DNA of 64,000 nt from Antedon mediterranea (lineage: Eukaryota > Animalia > Echinodermata): contig NC_092674.1 of NCBI RefSeq assembly GCF_964355755.1, positions 9,300,001 to 9,364,000 of the forward strand. Reading direction: 5' to 3'. The position numbers and the translations under genes were made by a program. Each line of letters opens with the position of its first letter. The first letter of the stretch is position 1. The notes beneath the pieces were generated by a model. It had not been told where the DNA came from, did no database searches, and worked only from the letters and a program-made list of their open reading frames with translations. Below, in pieces: positions 13,961-26,459 of this stretch.

Positions 13961-14003
13961 CAAAGATTGTATAGCGCCGCTACGCGGCGCTATACAATCT
14001 TTG
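13961..14003. mobile_element. 43-bp perfect hairpin mini-element with 7-bp TSD
   Basis: caaagattgtatagcgccgc-tac-gcggcgctatacaatctttg, flanked by gtgggac on both sides. Confidence 0.8.
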
Positions 14004-15628
14004 GTGGGACAGCCAGTCGACAAATCGTGTCAAATTTCGACTCTGAGAGGGCGCCCTACTTTTCTAATTTAGTTCAAAATTGCTAAATTTTAGGGTGTTG
14101 GAAAAACACAATATTTGTAAATTTAGCTGATTATCGGAAAAATATTGTTAGTGAAATAAATTCATAAATGGTTTTAATATATTGTCATGTAAAATTAAAT
14201 GTATTTGAACAAAACGATAATCTGTAATTTAACGGCAAAATCAACCAATGTCTTTTTTTCGAAATTGTACCCTAGAAAATCATTAAAATAAAATATTTAG
14301 AAAAATTGAACAGTCCTGAATTTAAAATCCCTGTTAGAAAAATTAATAATCTACAGAATACGATATTAAGATACAAAATTCGGTGGTTGGGATGCAGCTC
14401 CGACTATTCAAACTAAAGGTACCACTATTTGTTCCATCGAAAACTAGCGAAACCGCCATTTTGTAAACACATCGTCATCGTGTTTATGAATTTATTTATA
14501 TTGAACGATATACGCGATGTTTATAATTGTCCGCGTATAAGAATTCATATAAATAAATACATTCCAATACAACGTATATTATTACTTGTTTATTTATCAC
14601 AGTATACATTTTAGTTGAGGAATATTTATCATAACTATTATAATAGCTTTTATACGAGTCCGAGGCCTAGCCCTATTAGCGAGCGATTGTTCCAGGGGCG
14701 GAAAGTCACTTAGTGACGTTGTGATCGGGCGCGTCGGGCCTAGCTAATATTAATAATATGACCTGAAATAAGCGGCTAACAAGAACTGTTATATACTTGC
14801 TTACAATTGTTTTGTTATTGATGAACAAACAAGCAATTAGATTGAATAACAAATTATTTATTCATTTTTTTGGGGTAAAAACATGTACAAACTAGTACTG
14901 TATAATAGAAATTATAAAAATAGTAATATTAAACTAATACAGTATTAATAAAATATAAAATAGGCCTAAAATACAATAAATATTCAATTTTTAAGGTCTA
15001 CCACATGACAATAACATAATTTACAGAGTATAGTGTAGTAGGTTTGCATTCAACATAAATATTTGTATTGTAATTCATCTAAATCCTCTGCAACATACAT
15101 ATATATTTGTAATTCAACATGCTGTTTTAAATAATTAAATTATAGTTTGGGTATGACAATGTCGATAGGTACCGGTGTCATCTTTTTATCCACTTCACTC
15201 TCAGTTTGAAGTCACAAAGACAAAGAACTCTGCATCATCAACGATTCCTGAAAGTGTCAGAAAAAATAATAAACATTATTTTAAAAAAACGTTAATGTCT
15301 GGTTGTATATATAATTATAATATAATATTATATGATGACATAAAAGTAAGGCAAATGGAAGCTGTATTTTATTAATTAAATTACAGTATTTACTATTATT
15401 ATTTATATAATCTAGGCCTACTACTAGTACTAGTAGCCTGCTAGGCATCTATTGAGCCTAATAAATCAAATAATAAATGAAAAATAAAATAATAATATTA
15501 ATACTGATTGAAAAAAAGGTTTTTTTTGCGGGGATCAGATCACCAGGCTAGGCCGGCCAGGACCAATGATACTCGTAATCAGTACAACTTAACGACTATC
15601 GGATCAGCATCAACACAGTACAACACAC

Positions 15629-15752
15629 GTCTCGCTATCGCCTATACTGACACACGTGTCTCGCGTTGCCGAAACCACGCTCACAGCTAGGTCTCGCTAT
15701 CGCCTATACTGACACACGTGTCTCGCGTTGCCGAAACCACGCTCACAGCTAG
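15629..15752. repeat. 62-bp tandem duplication
   Basis: gtctcgctatcgcctatactgacacacgtgtctcgcgttgccgaaaccacgctcacagctag x2. Confidence 0.85.
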
Positions 15753-15999
15753 AAAATGTACCTACCTTTCGAGGCCTGAGAATACACCAACAAATTTTGA
15801 ACAGGATAGAAATATATCATACTCGATTAAACTAATATTATTTTTGATAAAACAATTGATTATAATTGTTTTAATTTGTTGGGATGCACCTCCGACTATT
15901 CAGAAAATGGACAACAAAACAGTAGTCAAATCGTACCACATTTATAAATTTCACGAGTCCCGACTTCAGTCGCCGAATGTATTGTATTAGCTTCGGTTT

Positions 16000-17540
16000 C
16001 AGCGTTGCCAGCGATAAAATTTAAATTATGCCGTATCCTGTCTCAAATAATGCCAGATTGGGAAAAATAATGCCAGATCCCCAAAATGTGGCCCTAAACA
16101 GCGCCACCAACGGTTGTATGTCTAATAAACGTTTGTAAAACCCCAACTGACACAATATAGGGCCTAAATTGTATCCCTATGTCGTTGCAAATGACACAAA
16201 CACCAAACCACGAACCCTTCTCCCCCCACCCCCCCCCCCCCAAAAAAATTTAGAATTTTTAAGCTGAAATATGAGAGCTGCTCGATCTTTGCACTTAATT
16301 TCAAATATGAAAGGATCTTAGCCCACCATAATTAGAAAATGGCAATTATAATTTAAAATAGGAAATAAAAATATATATTAAGTGTCTCCAGGACCTCAGC
16401 CCCACCATGGTTGATAAGAAAATTTTGAAAAATGCTGATGGCCGGAAATGCCACTTAATTTAGAATATGAAATAAAAATATATTTATTAGTGTCTCCAGG
16501 ATCTTAGCCCACCATAGTTTGAAAATGAAAATAGGAAATCAAAATATATATTAATTGTGTCCGCCAGGACCTCAGCTCCACCATGGCTGGTGCTGAGGTA
16601 AGAAAATTTGGGAAAATAGAGCTGCTCAATGGGCGGAAATGGCACTTAATTTCAAATATGAAATAAAAATATATTTATTAGTACCTCCAGGATCTTAGCC
16701 CATCATAGTTTTGAAAATGGCAATTATAATTTAAAATAGGAAATAAAAATATATATTAAGTGTCTCCATGACTTCAGCCCCACCATGGTTGGGGCTGAGG
16801 TAAAAAAAATTGAAAAATAGAGCTGCTCGATGGGCGGAAATGGCACTTAATTTTAAATAAAAATTACCTCGCCCACATGGTCACTACTGGGGCTGAGAGG
16901 TGAAGAACATTTGGAAAAATAGAGTTGCTACGACGATGCAAATGGAACATAATTTGAAATATGGAAAACAAATTCTGCTAGAAGAAATTCTTTTTAAAAT
17001 TAGAGCTTCTAATTAGTTACTGGAAATTGCCATTTCAAGGGTTGGGGTAGGGGTGCGGCCACTTATAATTATGAACTGAAACAACAAAACCCCTTTCATA
17101 ATGTTTTCGTTCAATTGTATCTGTGGATCCAATAACCTGCATGGTCTCTGAAATAGAGCAACATAATTGGCCAATAGCTAGCCTCTTCGGATTTGTTGTG
17201 CTGCCTATATCGCACACACGGTAGTTTTCGAGCAGCCTTCCTATCCGAAGAGTCTATTTAAGTCCGAAACAAAAGGATGGAAGAACTATTGTACGGAAAA
17301 CCCGAACAGATCTGTTTTGTACGATATGATATTGTGTAAGGTGATATGTATTAAATTTCAAGATTTAACAAAATATTTTATTTTTGTTCTGTGGTATATT
17401 ATTTTTTTGGTAGTTCAAAAAACACAAAATTATGCCAGATTATGCTAAAAACGGCTAAATAATGCCGCGGCATTATGCCAGATGCCGTGGGCCTCTAAAT
17501 AATGCCAAAAAGCATAATAATGCCAGAAATGGCAACTATG
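16000..17540. mobile_element. hAT-type non-autonomous element nested in the 13952-17791 element
   Basis: TIRs cagcgttgcca / tggcaactatg; 8-bp TSD ttcggttt / tccggttt; subterminal aatgccag repeats; degenerate internal tandem repeats at ~16250-16990. Confidence 0.75.
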
Positions 17541-17835
17541 TCCGGTTTCTTTGAAGGAAACCGATTGGTTATTCAATAATACTTATTAGGAAATGCTTTT
17601 ACCATAATAGGTAATGTTGGGCGGGTCTTAAATATTTATGAGAGCTTAAAATAAAACAGCACTTATTTGCTAGGCGACGAAAAATCGTGGTTTCAGTTTT
17701 CAACGATAGGTGGCGCTTCAAAATCGTCAATGCGGAAGTAAGTCGATTTTACACGATTTAACGGTCAAAACGCGAAGTGGCTTTCCCACTGATTAAAATC
17801 TACGCCATGTACAGTGTTGAAAGACGACAAAAATT

Positions 17836-18853
17836 ATGTTTATTGGAATGCTACAACTTAATTGTGAATTTAAAGACTTAAGGTATAAGTTTCTATCTTG
17901 TATAAACGATATTCTCTTGAAGTGTAATTGTGAATCCAAAAATATTTTCACCACTCTCTCAAATTATAAAGAAGTCTACTTTCCAATTTCTGAAATCTTA
18001 AGAAAACTTAACTATATAATGATAGATGAATGGAGAATTGAATTACAAAATAAATCAAGTCTCCACATCTATGAAACATTAAAATCAAAACCTGGACTTG
18101 AAAATTACTTAATTGATAAAACTAATTTTGAAGGTGCTGCATTAAAATTTAAAGCTCGTTCAAATACTCTACCTTTGAATGATAGAACTGCAAATTGGAA
18201 TATTGATAATAATAAAAAATGTAAATTGTGCGGTACAAATTCGGACGAAGACATCCATCATTTCATCCTTAATTGTCCAGCTTTAAATAATATACGTAAT
18301 CAGGAATTATTTCATTTATATGTGGATATGTATAGAAATGGCAGCAAAGATATGTTTGATACTTTTTATACTTCTCCTGAAAATGACAAACTTAAATATA
18401 TTTTGGGATACTCAGATAATTTAATTGATGAAGAGTGTGAAAATATTTTGGATAGTTTTTGTAAAAGATACCTAAAACAAGCATGGCAATTTCGAAATGA
18501 TTCACTGAATTCCATGACTCAATAACTATGTTATCTACATTGCTACATTAAGTAAATTGAAATAAAAGTGGGTTGGGGGTTTTTCGTAATAAGCTGTGTT
18601 TATCAGCTGATTTTATTTTATTTTATACACTTTTACTATATCTTGTTTTGTATTCATTGTGTAAAGTAATGATCTACTGTATGTATCGATGTAAATTGGG
18701 GGGGGGGGGGGGGTTAGGATAGGGGTTGATAGTTGATTTTGCCTTTTTTTACTTTTCTGTTAATTGTTATATTTTATATTGTGAAGGATGCACCTTTGTG
18801 CTAAGTGTGCCACCGATCTAAAGGTGTAATTCCAAATAAATAAATAAATAAAC
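17836..18853 (+). mobile_element. 5'-truncated non-LTR retrotransposon (ORF2 C-terminus, 3'UTR, (aaat)n tail)
   Basis: 229-aa open frame with LKFKARSNTLPLN...CKLC...EDIHHFILNC zinc-knuckle motif found after RT domains; (aaat)n tail at ~18834-18853. Confidence 0.8.
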
Positions 18854-19439
18854 ACCCGTAATTTCTTTGTTGTCGTTTTGCTCACCTTTTATTTTCTTTA
18901 TTTTCATTATCTTTATCATTGGTGTATATCATTGCTGTTCAATTTATTTCAGTAATTTGTTTTTTTTATTTGATTTTTCATTTGTTTTTGTTGTATGTTA
19001 AATCCATCATGAGATCTCCTCTTAGGTTAAATTTAACATGAAATAAAATAATAAAATGAATAGGATACTGAATCGGCATATACACTTGTTCCCAGAGTAG
19101 GCTACTCAACATTTTGTTTTAAGAGTAACCTTTTTTTAAATGTGACCACTTGGAGAGATGTCGAGTCGTGACGAAGTTGGAAGGGATATACTAAAATATG
19201 GATCCTGGACGGATATGGATCGGCTCACAGGTTACTAAAAGTGGAACTTGGTTCCTTTTATCCCACATTAGGTAAACTTGTACATATACTTCTACATATA
19301 CTTACGTACCGTTAGCTCAGGCTTAATGATGGCAATATAACGAACGGAGTTGCTTAGGCCTATTTTGCTCGATTTCGATCGACTATTTTATAGACTATTC
19401 ATTGGGAAACATTCAAAAAGAGGATACCTATCCACATAA

Positions 19440-20096
19440 TTCTCATGCATTCGTAAAACCACGATTAATTTCTGTAGGCCTACCTGTCTGCTTGATTATT
19501 TATATGGAAAGCTTCCATTTTCTATCATTGTGACCCGGATTGAATTATGCAAGCAAAATCGATGAACCGAATGGTTTGTTTATTGATTGTAATGTTTTTA
19601 AAACAAATCCTATTCGTTTGTTTGGCTATTCGCGTTAACCTCATTACAAAACGCGTCGTTTAATCGGGGTAAGATTTCAGTTCAGCACATTGGTAGGCCT
19701 AATAATATTTGATGTGTTAACATAATTAACACGTCGTAAAATTCCGACACGTACCATGTCCCCAAAATGATAGTTTCAAGCCTGTCAGCTCCAATATTTA
19801 CTATTCCATAAAAGTTAATACCTTTGAATTGTAATAACAGTAGATGTGACATCTACTGCAGTCATAGATTACATTTCGAAGGTATGTGTCATCATAATGT
19901 TTAGTTGACGCACATAATCATGCATTGACGGTAATTGCGTTTTTTATACTACATGCATGCATAGTTATTGAAAATTATTTTTTGCACTACCGTGTGTAAT
20001 TATTGTAACCGACATAGAGGCCTATATTCAGTTTTCGTAATTATTCCATGATAGGCCTTCTCTACAAGGTAACGTAAAATAGCTGAAGACTTTAAG
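19440..20096 (+). promoter_or_regulatory. Conserved upstream block / non-coding exon 1 of copy 2
   Basis: Block conserved at 28500-29032 and 49875-50360, each ending in a donor (actttaag|gta). Confidence 0.6.
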
Positions 20097-21704
20097 GTAA
20101 GAATCTACTTAAGCCTAGGCCTACTATGTTGGAATAATTATTCGTTAACTCTATCTATATGCCTATTCTGTTACATCGAATTACATTTTCAAATACCGTA
20201 ACAATAACATTCAGTCTGTTGATACATAATATAAATAAAATATATAACCACCTCTTCAGCATAACGACGCCATTAAAATGTCGTTAAAAGGAATTGGTTC
20301 ATTAGATATAGGTCTACTGTAGGCCTACTGCTCCGGGTTGCTAAGGTTTAATCGTTATAGGACGTTTGATCTCCTTATACAAGTACATACGAGGAAAACA
20401 TTTAAAGACATATTTCGGATCAGGCTACTATGTAGGCCTACATAGGCCTACAGATTGCATGTTCTTTTTCGTCATAAAATCTGATCACAAACACTCAAAG
20501 GTCTAAAATGCAAATGGTTCAACAATAAATGCTTTGCATTTTCTAACTTCTAACTTTATTAATCTAAAAAATAGAATTTGTAGAATTGGGATTTTGATAA
20601 CCATATCAAGATGATAGATATACTTAAAGATATATTGTACTCCTGAAAAAATAATATAAATTTGTGTTGTTAAATATGCTAGGATAATAGTTATTCACTT
20701 TGTGACCAAAAATTGGATAAAAAAAAAATATTTGTGACCTGAAAAACTGTAATTTAAAGCAAAAAATAGTCAGATTGGCTGCCAGCCAATTAATGTTTGC
20801 TTGAATATAACCGTTTGTTTGTCTTTTTATAATAAGTGAAAACGTTATTTTCCCGTTTTTTCTGATTTACTCTCTCAAAACTATAAAATCATCAATTCAC
20901 AATCTGATTTTCAATTAATCTTCATTTTTCATGTTTTCACTCTTCGCTGTTTATACTCACTTGAATTATTTTATCTCCCAACAAGAATGGCTGTCTACCC
21001 CAGCACTATACCACCACTAATACAACATTCGACCTTGCAAATACTAGAATAACTCTTTTATTTAAAATAACAAAAGCCTATTATTAAAAAGAGCTAGACC
21101 TATCATATTATGTAAAACGGAAACATTAGCATAATATAACGGCATAACGTATGCAGATGTGATTTTGTAAGTTGTAATAGCTTAACTAATATTTCAAAGA
21201 TTCCATCATGAAAAAGGAAATCATTTATTATAATAGTTCTTCCACGATTCCATGTACCATGTTTTACCAATTCTTTTTATTTGTGCCTATCCTCCACGGT
21301 ATACATTTCTCATAAAAAATAGGATTGAGCATTTCATGAAATAGTATTTTCATTTCTCCCTGATCATACTTTACTGTATGATGTTACTGATTTAAATAAA
21401 TCAAATGTTTAAATTCATGGGCTAGATACTGTACAATGAAAAAAAAACTACTGTTGTTCATAGTTATAATTAGAAAAGCGTCTATGAATATATGTAGTAG
21501 GCATATGTTCGCCAAAGCTTAAAAACAAATCACATAGGTACTGTACTGTATTAAATATTTTTTTAATTTAAAAGGTATATATCACAGTATTGTATTTACA
21601 ACACATTTCTATTTGTACATTTGCCATGATCTACATTAGACCAAGAATGTTCATACAATTTATACTTTATTTTATCACTTTTTTTTAACTATAGGCCTAC
21701 ATAT

Positions 21705-21832
21705 TACCATTATTCCACCCCGTATTCAAAACGCCTCCCTTCCGAGTAAACTCCTCTCTCGAATAAACTCCCCCTTTTTTAAAAACCGTCCTGAGCAATT
21801 ACCTGTAGGCGTTTATTCGAATAAATACGGTA
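21705..21832. mobile_element. Tc1/mariner-pogo-type MITE (similar element at 58482-58618)
   Basis: tacc...tacggta termini with internal inverted repeats. Confidence 0.5.
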
Positions 21833-22042
21833 TTTTTTACACGACCGTTTTCCTTATCGTTTTGTTGATCGTTGAAATAATGGTGAATGAAATTAAGTCT
21901 TAATTTCTTCACCATCAATGTAGTATTGCCTTTGAGACGAAGTGTACCGTATACACCAAGTTAGTATTGAATAATTCGCTATTAAGATAAGATATTCCGT
22001 AATTACGTATTACATTTGTTATATTTACAGGAGAAATGGGTC

Positions 22043-25000
22043 ATGGCGTCAAATAATGAAATCGATAATATTGCCATCACTGTTAATCCGTTTTATGCAT
22101 TCATAACTGATCAACATAATGGCATGGTCGATGAAGAATTCAAGAAAGTTAAACTCCATTCAAAAAACAAATTGGTCAGGATTGTCTACGATAAAATAAA
22201 AACACCACTAGATTTGTTTGAGAAACTCTGCGATAATGGGGTTATCTCGGAGGACGATACTAGATTTCTGGAGGAAGTATACCACCATATCCAGAACAAG
22301 ACTGGCCTAGATGAGATTGAAGAGTACAAACGTAAAAGAAAGGAATATCAAGAACGTATCAGGTTATTGTCAGTAAAAACCGATTCTTTGTTTGTTGGAA
22401 GAGACAAAGAATTGCACAAAATCTTACAGGCTTTTGCTGCGAAAACTGGAAAATGTTGTTGTGTGATTCTCGCCGGTTCGCCTGGAATTGGAAAAACAAA
22501 GTTATCTATTCAGACATGCGCAATCTACCCAGCATTTTTGATAGAAGAAAAAGTAGTTGTTACGTAAGTATAACGTATTGCTATTAAACTACTACATGAC
22601 GTATTCTAATCTTAGTTTCCGTTTTTGTGTTTTTAGATACTTAAGTTATAACCGAAAGTTTGTAACCAAACACATTATTTAATAATCATATTTTAAAGAC
22701 GACTTAAATATCTTATATTTTATATTTACTACAGTACTTATCTTGTAAACCTAAGGAACTTAATGTCATTGAGCGAAGTAGGAGCTGCTATCATGAATGC
22801 AATTGGTATCAAAGATATAGTACCATCTACGTTTGATGTAGACGGGTTATTAGAAAAGATACGAGATATGAAATCAGGTATATTTTAAATGTCCTTTTCC
22901 CAGAATGTTATCAATACAAAAAATAAAAAATTATAGGCAAATAAGAAATGGAATATGTGCTAAAAATAATTCCACAAAGCAAAATGATTACATTCATTTT
23001 ACTTATTCTACTAATAGAAAAATATTTTTAAGACTGATTATTATACTCAATATTGAAATTGGACTTAAAAAAACTACAGAACGGTAAAATTAAAAACTAC
23101 TACTTTACAGTCAATACACAGTAAACGCACTTAATTAGGCTTATATATCGAAGAGATGGTTAAATAGGGGATTCAGTAACTAAGTTACAATATAGTATAC
23201 AAATATTATGTTTTCCAGAAACAATATTCTACTTGGATAATGCTGATGATGTTTTGAGACCAAGACGTCCTGTGCGTGACCACTTCATTAATTTTCTCCT
23301 TGAATTTATTCGAGAAGAAAATCAGAGAGTAAAATTCCTAATCACAACAAGATACAGAGTTGATAATGAGTTCTTATTGTCGGTAAACAGCTTTCATCAA
23401 CTTGACATAAAACCTCTTCAGGTGTTGGATGCTATGTCTCTCCTTCGTCGCTCATCTAACCTTCCAAATCTTGATGACACGATTTGTAAAGATTTAGTGT
23501 TTGTTTGTGGCCATAACCCTCACGCAATTCGAGCTGTGGCCAGCCGTATGAAACTGGGACATATGAAACCAAAAGAGTTACTGGAACTTCTGAAAAAACC
23601 GACTCCAGCACAGATAGTTTTTGATCACAAATATGGCGCAAATATGTCTACTGAAGGCCAGGAGATCGAACAACAGGAGAGCGTCCTCAGATGCTTACGT
23701 GTTGTGTTTGATCAACTCGACAACAAGTACAAGTCATATTTGATAAAGCTGTCCGTCTTTCCAAGCTTTTTTTACAGAGATGTGGCTTCTATCATTCTTG
23801 GTGAGGAGAAGAGTTTCACCAGTTTGTATCTACAAGAGCTCTGTATCTATGGTCTTTTGGAATTCGATAAGCTTGATCAATTTAAAAACATCGAATCTTG
23901 TGAAGGGGATTGTAATCAATACAATGTTCATACACTGGTGCGGCTCACCTGTGAACTTGAGACAAGAGATGATGAGTCTTTAAAACCATTCATTGATACT
24001 GCCATGATAGCATTTCTCAATCATTACCATCGAGTGATCAATGACATCTGTGAACTTGCAAACAAACATTTCAAAGAAGGCCTTGAAAAGTACCAGAGTG
24101 ATAAAATCAATCTAGTACAATACCTGGAACATGAAGCAAACAGAAAACCGGCAAACACTGCAAAAGAATTGAACTTTTCGCAAGAGGACAGACGGTATGT
24201 TGTCTTTGATGGCTTGGTCGAGGCAGATCGAAGAGTTGAATATTTTGAGATCAAATCACGCATAGCTAAGGCAGAAGGAGACTTGATCAGTTACAGCTTT
24301 TTATGCGCATGGTTAGGTGACCAGTATATATGTCAAGCCCAGATATTAGAAGCACATAAAGCCGCGGATAACGGATTGACGACACTTGATAAACTAAAAT
24401 CTGGAGACAGAAGTCATGAAAATACAATGATTGCTAGGGCCGCCTGTCTGTACGTGAAAGGACGAGCATACACCGGGCAGCAGAAATACGAGGAAAGTTT
24501 GATGGTTCTCCACGAATCGTTAGCTTTGCGACGAAAACTTGAAGGAGACCATACGATGACCGCACGTGTACTCAACACAATTGGGCACGTGTTCTATCGT
24601 CAGAAAAAACTTCGGGATGCTCAGCGCTATCACGAAGAGGCATGGGAAATGATTGACAAAATCACAGGTGGTAAACCAGAAGTACATATTGATTTTTCTG
24701 TGTATGTCATGAATGTGGGAACCTGTTTTAGAAGCTGGGGAAATAGATACACTGATTCTAAGGAAACCGAAAAGGCCAAAGAACAATATGACAAAGCTTT
24801 AGATTTTTTCAATAATGCTTTAAAAATGCAGCAGAGGAGTTTTCCTGGTCTAGAGATTGAACTGACGTCAAAGATTCTTAGGAATAGAGCACTTTGCTAC
24901 TTTGAAATGGAAGAATACACCAAAGCTCTACCAGATGCTGAACGAAGCTTGCGTATTAGCCAACGGATTTTGAAAGAGAACCCTGACACAGCTAGATGTC

Positions 25001-26459
25001 TGTACTTTGTTGGATGTACTCACCATCATATTGGTAAGAAAATACTAACAGCCGAAGACTTATCAGAGGATGAGAAAGGTAAGTTCTGTGAGCAAGCGGG
25101 AAAAATAAAATTATCTTGTCAAATTTCAAATTATCGGATATACGTGATATGACATAAAAACTATTATAAACTATTCTGTTACCCTATAGCACTCTGGTCA
25201 GTATTTAGAAAATTAAAGGCATGTATGTATTTACATTTATTATAATCGTTTAAGTAGTTTATATCAGCTAATACTTTTACGCTTTTGTTCGAGAGCAGTA
25301 GCTGATATAAACTATTTAAAAAATTGCAAAACGTTCAGCGTGTTTCCAAAATGTATATCATTATAACCAATTCCATTTGTTATAATAATTTTTCTTCAGC
25401 GGATGCTTACAATCACTTCAGTCTTAGTATGAAATTCCTTGAGGAAGCCTACAATATGGAGCATAGTCTTGGACCCCATCGACGAAGCATTGACTATGAG
25501 GACCTCAAGGAAGAGATAATTGATGTACTCAGTTCACTCGGAAAAGACGAGGATGCCACCAATCTCTGGGAACAACGATTTGCGGTATGTTTTGTTTTCT
25601 AATGAAAACAGATGAAATTTTTTGATAATGAAAAGTATTTAAAATAAAGTACTAGGGTCAGATTTATCAAACATCTTTAGAAAGAAAAATTTAATTCAAC
25701 TTAGGTCAATTGTTTTTGCTTTAGTCAGTTTGTTTACAAATAATCTAAGCAATTATTTTCTTAACTCTTAGATGACGAAGTCTATTCCATAAGATACCAT
25801 GAAAAGAACTGGTCTGATAAATACAGCTTTTCACTCGAGTACTTCTTAACAAAAATATTGATATTTTAACTTACGGCAACGTGGTGTAAATTTAGCTCAT
25901 GAAACTCTATTCCTTGTCGAATCATAATCATACAAATAGATCACATCACAAATATGACGATATGTTTAATATCCTGTAATTAAACGTGTTCTTCGATCGT
26001 TGTCGACATTTTAAACCAGTATCTGAATTTGCAAGTTGTTTGAAATAAATCATTAAAAAAATGAGCTGTAAAGTTATGAAGAGAAATAGCCGAAATATTT
26101 TATTTTTACGAAATTAACTATACCATTATCAATAAACCTGCGTTTTTCTTTTTTTTAATTAGTTGATCAGTCAGTACATTCACGATATCATGTTTTTCTG
26201 TATTTAGGAAACAGACCAACAAGATACTACTGAAAGTTATCATACCTGTTATGAACATATCGGTGCACCAACGCAACCAACTGAAACCACTAAAGAAGAA
26301 GAAGAAGATGATGAACCTATGGAACCACATGGATCAACGGATGAAGAAGGTGCATCGTTGAAACAATCAGAGGGACCTAAAGAAGAAGATGTTGTAGCAG
26401 GTGGAAAGAGTTACACAACTCGAAAATTGTTTAAGATGGACAAGTGCTACGTTGCCTAA
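22043..26459 (+). CDS. NLR-like DED-STAND NTPase-TPR protein, copy 2, 986 aa, acidic tail plus C-terminal CaaX (RKLFKMDKCYVA); exons 22043-22563, 22735-22877, 23219-25078, 25400-25584, 26208-26459
   Basis: Open spliced frame with the same intron positions and phases as copy 1; GSPGIGKT, YLDNAD, FLITTR, CGHNPHAI, VHTLVR and TPRs all present. Confidence 0.92.

Larger units (their letters stand above)
13952..17791. mobile_element. 3.8-kb TIR DNA element with nested insertions, just upstream of the first coding exon of copy 1
   Basis: Termini cagtggga.agcca...aaatcgtg and cacgattt...tggctttcccactg. 4-bp direct repeat atta at 13948-13951 and 17792-17795. No intact transposase seen. Confidence 0.7.

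Noticed and set aside
22452-22465. KCCC as a palmitoylation or metal-binding site
   Set aside because: It lies at the start of the beta-strand leading into Walker A; its identity across copies is explained by the conversion tract.
23456-24812. Antisense and alternate-frame ORFs conserved across paralogs
   Set aside because: Shadows of the NLR coding exon; conservation follows from paralogy.
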